From NCBI GenBank assembly GCA_036149055.1, contig JAYZQJ010000196.1:1-12631 (forward strand): 12,631 nucleotides of DNA, written 5' to 3'. The DNA is from Myxococcota bacterium (lineage in GTDB: Bacteria; Myxococcota_A; Polyangia; Polyangiales; Sandaracinaceae). Of this stretch, positions 7,253 to 12,631 are shown piece after piece. The position numbers and the translations under genes are program-made. Below the pieces are notes generated by a model. That model was given only the letters and a program-made list of their open reading frames with translations, ran no database searches and had not been told where the DNA came from. Each line of letters opens with the position of its first letter. Position 1 is the first letter of the stretch.

Positions 7253-8050
7253 TCACCGATCGAGGAGCGCGTCGAGGGCGGAGGTCACGGCGACGCCGTC
7301 GGCGGGGGCCGAGCCGGCGTGGAGCAGGCCGCGTAGCCGGCCCCGGGCGTCGAGCACCGGGGCGCCGGAGTTGCCGGGGTGGCTGGGGCACTCGACGAGC
7401 CAGCCCACCTCCGCGGCCTCGGCCCCGAAGCTCTCGACCGCGCTCTCGGGCTCGGCGACCCGGCAGCGCCTCGCGGACAGCGCGTGCTGGCTCGGATAGA
7501 TCGGGTGGGGCCGCACCGCGAGCACGGTGACGATGACCGGGGGCCTCGCGTCGGGGCCGGCCGGACGGAGCGGGGGGCGGTCGAGGGGGCGGGTGAGCCG
7601 GAGCAGCGCCACGTCCTCGCGCAGCACCTCGTCGTCCCGGATCGCGCCCGCTGCGACGACCTCCGCGCACTCGACCCATTCGTCCGGCGCGGTGAAGGCG
7701 ACCCAGCTCCCCTCGCACGAGGCCCCGGGGCGGCGCGCCTCCGGCGGCAAGCAGTGCGCGGCGGTCAGCGCGAGCGAGGGGCCGACGAGGGAGGCGGTGC
7801 AGCGCTGGATCGCCTCGCCCTCGCCGCGCACGAGCAGGCCGACGCTCGCGCCGCACGCCTCGCCTTCGCAGCGGAGGGCGAGCTCCCTCGGAGGTCGGGT
7901 CACGCCGCGCTCGGCTCGCGGGCGAGCCGCCTCGCTCTCGGCGTGGAGGGCAGCGGCGGCGACGGGGTGAGCAGCGGAGAGCGGCCGGGGGCGTCCGGCC
8001 GGGGAGGCCGCGCAGCCGGAGAGGACCAGAGCCAGCACGATCGCGCGCAC
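7253..8050 (-). CDS. S1 (trypsin-like) serine protease, predicted lipoprotein, 265 aa
   Basis: MRAIVLALVLSG|C lipobox; catalytic triad motifs in correct order: CTASLV...LTAAHC (His), EDVALLRL (Asp), PGNSGAPV (Ser). Confidence 0.88.
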   Translation of the reverse strand: MRAIVLALVLSGCAASPAGRPRPLSAAHPVAAAALHAESEAARPRAERGVTRPPRELALRCEGEACGASVGLLVRGEGEAIQRCTASLVGPSLALTAAHCLPPEARRPGASCEGSWVAFTAPDEWVECAEVVAAGAIRDDEVLREDVALLRLTRPLDRPPLRPAGPDARPPVIVTVLAVRPHPIYPSQHALSARRCRVAEPESAVESFGAEAAEVGWLVECPSHPGNSGAPVLDARGRLRGLLHAGSAPADGVAVTSALDALLDR

Positions 8051-8145
8051 GTACGTCGGACAGTGTGCGGCACGCCGAGTTCCCGTGCTCGTGACGGCCC
8101 CCGAAGCTGGCGTGGCGCGCGGAGGAGCGGCAGGCTGCGCCGCGC

Positions 8146-10677
8146 ATGCAGCCGCTCCCGATCGACGCGCACCTCGACGCGCTCGTCTCCGCCGCGACCG
8201 AGGCGAGCGGGCTGGTGCTGGTCGCCGAGCCGGGCGCCGGCAAGACCACCCGGCTGCCCCGCGCGCTGCTCGACGCGGGGATCGCGGGGCGCGGCGAGAT
8301 CCTCGTCGCCGAGCCCCGCCGGCTCGCGACCCGGATGGCCGCGGCCCGGGTGGCGGAGGAGCTGGGGGAGCCGGTCGGGCGCACCATCGGCTACCAGGTC
8401 CGCTTCGACCGCGCGGTCTCGAAGGAGACCCGCGTCACCTTCCTCACCGAGGGCGTGCTCTCTCGCCGCTTCCGCTCGGACCCGACCCTGAAGGGCGTGG
8501 CCGCGGTGGTCTTCGACGAGCTGCACGAGCGCCACCTCGACACCGACCTCGCGCTGGCCCGCGCGCGGCGGCTCCAGCGGGAGTCGCGGCCGGAGCTGAT
8601 GATCGTGGCGATGAGCGCGACCCTCGAGGCGGAGCCGGTCGCCGCGTTCCTCGACGCGCCGATCGTGAGCGTCGAGGGGCGCACCTTCCCGATCGACGTG
8701 CGCCACGCGGAGGAGCCCGACGATCGACCGCTGGAGCGACAGGTGCGCGCGGCGGTGGTCCGGCTGCTCGACGAGGGGGTCGACGGCGACGTGCTCGTCT
8801 TCCTGCCGGGCGCGCGCGAGATCCGGCGCGCGATGGAGGCGTGCGAGGGGCCGGCGAAGGCGCACGGCGTCGATCTGCTCCCGCTCCACGGCGATCTGCC
8901 GCCCGACGCGCAGGACCGCGCGGTGCGCCGGGGCCCGCGCCGCAAGATCATCTTCTCGACCAACGTGGCCGAGACCTCGCTGACCATCGACGGGGTGGTC
9001 GCGGTCGTCGACTCGGGCCTGGCCCGGGTCGCGAGGCACTCGCCGTGGACCGGCATGCCGAGCCTCGAGACCGCGCCGATCAGCCGGGCCTCCGCCGCGC
9101 AGCGGGCCGGGCGCGCCGGCCGGACCCGGCCGGGGGTCTGCGTGCGGCTCTACACCCAGCGCGAGCACGACGCGCGGCCGCTGCGGGACGCGCCGGAGGT
9201 GCAGCGGGCCGACCTCGCCGAGGCGGCGCTCGCCCTGCTCGACGCGGGCGAGGATCCGCGCGCCTTCCCGTGGTTCGAGGCGCCGCCGAAGGCCGCGCTC
9301 GACGCCGCGCTCGGGCTGCTCGAGAAGCTGGGCGCGTGCGAGGGCGGCGCGATCACCCCGCTCGGCCGCGCGCTCGGGGCGCTGCCGGCGCACCCGCGGA
9401 TCGCCCGCATCGCGATCGAGGCGAAGCGGCGCGGCTTCGAGGAGGCGGGCGCCCGGCTCGCCGCGCTGGCCGCGGAGCGAGAGATCCGCCGCGCCGCCCG
9501 CACCCGCTTCGGCGGCGGCGGCCCGCGCGACGACGAGGTCGGCAGCTCCGATCTCCTCGCGCGCCTCGACGAGCTCGAGGCGCTCGGGCCGCGGGCGTCG
9601 CACGGCGCGATCCGCCAGGCCGGGCTCGACGGCCGCGCGGTGCGCACGGTGTTCGACGCCGCTCGGCAGCTCGACCGCGCCCTCCGCCGCGTGGAGGTGG
9701 ACGCGGAGCCCGGCTTCGACGAGGAGGAGGCGCTCCTGCTCGCGACCCTCGCCGGCTTCCCCGACCGCGTGGCCCGGCGGCGCAAGCCCGGCGGTCGGGA
9801 GCTCGCGCTGGCCGGCGGCGGCGCGACCCTCGACGAGGCGAGCGTGGTCAAGGACGCCGAGCTGATGGTCGCGGTGGAGGCGCAGGCGCACGCCGGCCGG
9901 ACCTGGGTGCGGCAGGCGAGCGCGGTCACCCTGGAGCACCTGATGGAGCTGTTCCTCGATCGGCTCGAGGACTCGGTCGAGGCGCGCTTCGATCCCAAGC
10001 TCGAGCGCGTCTTCGGGGTGCGGGAGCTGACCTTCGACGGGCTGGTCGTGGAGCGCGGCGACGCCGAGATCGACGACGACGCGGCGGCCCGCGCGCTGGC
10101 CTCGGCGGCCCTCCAGAAGGGCGTCTCGCGGTTCTGCGACGCCGAGGCCCTCGAGGGGCTGACCCTGCGCCTCGCCTTCGCGCGCCAGCACGACCCGCGC
10201 CTCCCCGCGCTCGACGACGCCTGGCTCGAGGCGCTCCTCGTGAAGCTCTGCGCCGGTCGCCGCGCGTTCGCCGAGCTGCGCGACGCGGGGCTGCTCGACT
10301 GGATCCGCGCCGAGCTCGAGCCGCACCGCGCCCGGCTCGACGCCCTCGCCCCGAGCCACGTCTCGATCCCCGGCCGGGCGCGGGTGCCGGTCACCTACGA
10401 GGTGAACCGCCCGCCGTGGATCGCCTCTCGACTGCAAGACTTCTTCAGCGCGTCCGAGGGCCCCACCGTCGCCGACGGGCGGGAGCCCTTGGTGCTTCAT
10501 CTCCTCGCGCCCAACAAGCGCGCGGTGCAGGTGACGACCGACCTCGCGGGGTTCTGGGATCGCCACTACCCCGAGGTGCGCAAGGAGCTGCGGCGCCGCT
10601 ACCCGAAGCACGCGTGGCCCGACGACCCGCGCACCGCGCCGCCCTCAAGACCCGGGCGGGGCCGACGGACTCGGTAG
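8146..10677 (+). CDS. hrpB: ATP-dependent RNA helicase HrpB (DEAH/RHA family), 843 aa
   Basis: AEPGAGKTT, EPRRLA, GYQVRF, DELHER, MSATL, FLPG, STNVAETSLTIDGV, QRAGRAGR motifs, plus the HrpB-specific C-terminus LLAPNKRAVQVTTDLAGFW...Y.EVRKELRRRYPKHAWPDDP. Confidence 0.96.
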   Translation: MQPLPIDAHLDALVSAATEASGLVLVAEPGAGKTTRLPRALLDAGIAGRGEILVAEPRRLATRMAAARVAEELGEPVGRTIGYQVRFDRAVSKETRVTFLTEGVLSRRFRSDPTLKGVAAVVFDELHERHLDTDLALARARRLQRESRPELMIVAMSATLEAEPVAAFLDAPIVSVEGRTFPIDVRHAEEPDDRPLERQVRAAVVRLLDEGVDGDVLVFLPGAREIRRAMEACEGPAKAHGVDLLPLHGDLPPDAQDRAVRRGPRRKIIFSTNVAETSLTIDGVVAVVDSGLARVARHSPWTGMPSLETAPISRASAAQRAGRAGRTRPGVCVRLYTQREHDARPLRDAPEVQRADLAEAALALLDAGEDPRAFPWFEAPPKAALDAALGLLEKLGACEGGAITPLGRALGALPAHPRIARIAIEAKRRGFEEAGARLAALAAEREIRRAARTRFGGGGPRDDEVGSSDLLARLDELEALGPRASHGAIRQAGLDGRAVRTVFDAARQLDRALRRVEVDAEPGFDEEEALLLATLAGFPDRVARRRKPGGRELALAGGGATLDEASVVKDAELMVAVEAQAHAGRTWVRQASAVTLEHLMELFLDRLEDSVEARFDPKLERVFGVRELTFDGLVVERGDAEIDDDAAARALASAALQKGVSRFCDAEALEGLTLRLAFARQHDPRLPALDDAWLEALLVKLCAGRRAFAELRDAGLLDWIRAELEPHRARLDALAPSHVSIPGRARVPVTYEVNRPPWIASRLQDFFSASEGPTVADGREPLVLHLLAPNKRAVQVTTDLAGFWDRHYPEVRKELRRRYPKHAWPDDPRTAPPSRPGRGRRTR

Positions 10678-12279
10678 CGCCGAGCGCTCCTCGGCGGTCT
10701 CCTCGATGATCTCCTCCTCCGCCTGGTTCTGGTAGGCCTCGCGGATCCAGCTCGGGAGGTCGTCCATCGGCGGCGAGGTCGAGTAGAGGTCCACCGAGAT
10801 GTCGGAGGGCGTCGGGTCCTCGTTGGGGCGGAGCGACGGGTCGGGCGCGTCGTCGTCGATCGAGCCGCCGGTGACCGCCTGGTAGGTGTCCATCGCGAGC
10901 TGGGTCGCGGCCCCGGTCACGCCGCTCAGGTAGATGCCGATCTCGTGCACGGTGACCGAGGTGGGCACGTAGGCGGTCACGTCGGGATTCTCCGGGCGGA
11001 GGCCGGTGCCGAAGCCGTGGGTGTAGCCGACGCCGATGCCGAAGTCGTAGCGGTCGGTCTGCACGCCGACGCCGATCGTGCCGCCGACCCGGTGCACCCG
11101 GTCCGGGGTGTAGACGAGGGTGCGCTCCTCGTGGGGCGCCATGCCGCTGAGCTCCATGAACGAGCCGACGCGGAGCGGCACCTCGCGCGAGAACCAGAGC
11201 TCGGCGCCGACCGCGGCGTCGAAGGAGACGTCCGACCAGTACTCGCCGGCGAAGTAGGTCGCGGCCGGGCGGTCCCCGTCGCGCGGGACCGGTCGACCGA
11301 TCGGGTTCACCGGATCGTTCTCCGAGCCGTAGGCGCCGGTGACGCCGACGTCGGCGGCGATCGCCACGCTGGTGTCGAGCCGGAGGTAGGTGCCGAGGCG
11401 CGCCTGCCACGGGACCGGCGCGGTGGCCGAGACCTCCTGGTCGTCGACCCGGAAGAACTCGCCCTCGCCCTGCCGCTGCACGCTCACCGACTGGAAGAGC
11501 GCGCGCCCGCCTCCGCCCACGCGCAGGCCCGGCGTCTGGAGCGTCAGGCCGATCTGCGACCAGTCGGTCGGTCGCCAGGTCGCGCCGATCCGCAGCAGCA
11601 GGTGGTGCGCGCTCGTGTCGATGATGACGTCCCGCGAGGTCAGCGCGCTCCCCGGGCCGCCGATCGCGCCGCCGCCCGGGCTCGTCGCCTGGGTCCAGGA
11701 CTCGCGGTACTCCTGGTCGTAGAGCGAGAGCGCCGCGGTCACGCCGAGCGAGAAGGTCGGGTCGACGCGCAGGGCGTACGACGCATAGAACCACCGGGTC
11801 TCCTGGTCGTCGACGACCTCGAGGGTGCTGAGCGCGCCGGCCGCCGCCTCGTCGTCGAGCAGCTCGCGGTCGAGGAAGTGCCGGGTCAGCATGCCCGCCG
11901 CGAGCGCGTGCTGGCGGACGTCGCTGGCGTCGCGATCGCCGAACTTCAGGACCGCGCCGACGAAGACCGGCACCGAGAGGAGCGCGCTGTCGTTGAGGTC
12001 GTCGAAGCCGACCACCGACACGTAGCCGTCGTGCAGCGTGTAGGCGCGGAAGGTGCGGAGCGAGAGGCTCGCGCCGGCGGCGGTGCCGGGGGTGTCGGCG
12101 AGGCCGGCCGGGTTGTAGTAGGCGGCGGAGGGACCCGCGGCCGAGCCGACCACCGCCCCGCCCATGCCGAAGGCGCGCTCCGAGAGCAGCGGCTCACGCT
12201 GCCCGCGCTGCGCCTGCGCGGGCGCGGCCAGCAGGAGACAGCTCGAAGCGAAGAGGATGACGGCGTGGAGGGATCGCAC
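10645..12279 (-). CDS. FadL/OmpP1/TodX-family outer-membrane transport protein with acidic C-terminal extension, 544 aa
   Basis: Signal peptide ending APAQA; plug motif RAFGMGGA....AAYYNPAGL typical of the FadL family; many amphipathic beta-strands. Overlaps the 3' end of hrpB by 33 bp. Confidence 0.8.
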   Translation of the reverse strand: MRSLHAVILFASSCLLLAAPAQAQRGQREPLLSERAFGMGGAVVGSAAGPSAAYYNPAGLADTPGTAAGASLSLRTFRAYTLHDGYVSVVGFDDLNDSALLSVPVFVGAVLKFGDRDASDVRQHALAAGMLTRHFLDRELLDDEAAAGALSTLEVVDDQETRWFYASYALRVDPTFSLGVTAALSLYDQEYRESWTQATSPGGGAIGGPGSALTSRDVIIDTSAHHLLLRIGATWRPTDWSQIGLTLQTPGLRVGGGGRALFQSVSVQRQGEGEFFRVDDQEVSATAPVPWQARLGTYLRLDTSVAIAADVGVTGAYGSENDPVNPIGRPVPRDGDRPAATYFAGEYWSDVSFDAAVGAELWFSREVPLRVGSFMELSGMAPHEERTLVYTPDRVHRVGGTIGVGVQTDRYDFGIGVGYTHGFGTGLRPENPDVTAYVPTSVTVHEIGIYLSGVTGAATQLAMDTYQAVTGGSIDDDAPDPSLRPNEDPTPSDISVDLYSTSPPMDDLPSWIREAYQNQAEEEIIEETAEERSALPSPSAPPGS

Positions 12280-12389
12280 GAGCGACCCCTACGCAAGCCT
12301 GGCGCCACAGGGGGATCCGCCACGCTGTGCGTGCGTTCGAACCCGAACGTGACGTCACACGGAGGACACACGTGGCATCACGCCACGTT

Positions 12390-12631
12390 CTTTTCGGGCA
12401 GGGGCGGGTGCGCCCCCCCCCCCCCCCCGGGGCGGGCCCGCCCCCACCGAACCACCCCCCGCCCGCCCCGCCCCACCGGCGGTGTCCGCGCGGGCGGCCG
12501 GGGGCGGCCCGCGCGCCCGCCGCGCGCGCGCGCGCCGCTGGGGACCCCGCGCCCCGCGCGGGGGTCGGGGCCGAGCGGAGCGAGGTCCCGGAGTGGGTGG
12601 GGGGGCCCCGCGGAGCCGGTGCAGCGGTCAC
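12390..12631. other. Low-complexity G/C-run-rich segment including C16 (12413-12428); probably low-quality sequence
   Basis: Abrupt near-loss of A/T, many G and C homopolymer runs, and no recognisable codon pattern or protein motif. Confidence 0.55.

Noticed and set aside
12325..12350. tRNA fragment (GTTCGAAC T-loop-like) or LexA box
   Set aside because: The flanks do not form a T-stem or cloverleaf, and the spacing does not fit the LexA consensus motifs I know.
12194..12631. 145-aa minus-strand ORF
   Set aside because: It runs through low-complexity, probably unreliable sequence and overlaps the start of the FadL-like gene; no motifs.

Overview
Very GC-rich bacterial chromosomal segment. 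The codon style, many lipoproteins and protein families suggest a myxobacterium (Polyangiales/Sandaracinaceae-like); this is an inference. Eight credible genes, in order: a Pro-rich lipoprotein with a PPC-like domain (-); a divergent lipid-anchored M1 aminopeptidase (+); a YtxH-like protein (+); ettA (+); a secreted 187-aa hypothetical protein with a lipocalin/FABP-like pattern (+); an S1 trypsin-like lipoprotein protease (-); hrpB (+); and a FadL/OmpP1-family outer-membrane protein (-) that overlaps the end of hrpB by 33 bp. The genes are mostly ordinary and the unusual signal is non-coding. (i) Positions 222-400 hold a lower-GC, 41-bp-period array of two alternating palindromes (CGTCGAATTCGACG and TCGATAGT[C/G]ACTATCGA), preceded by a strongly self-pairing region (105-241) and an 18-bp tandem repeat (1-76). 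(ii) Positions 6991-7215 hold a REP/MITE-like inverted-repeat element built from CGCAGAG heptamers. (iii) There are back-to-back, apparently leaderless promoters (1154-1196) and an SD-occluding hairpin with two alternative anti-SD sequences (6329-6401). No cas, recombinase, reverse transcriptase or transposase gene is in the window, so the function of the array cannot be established from this sequence. The last ~240 bp look like low-quality sequence. All protein calls come from motif recognition by eye; no searches were run.
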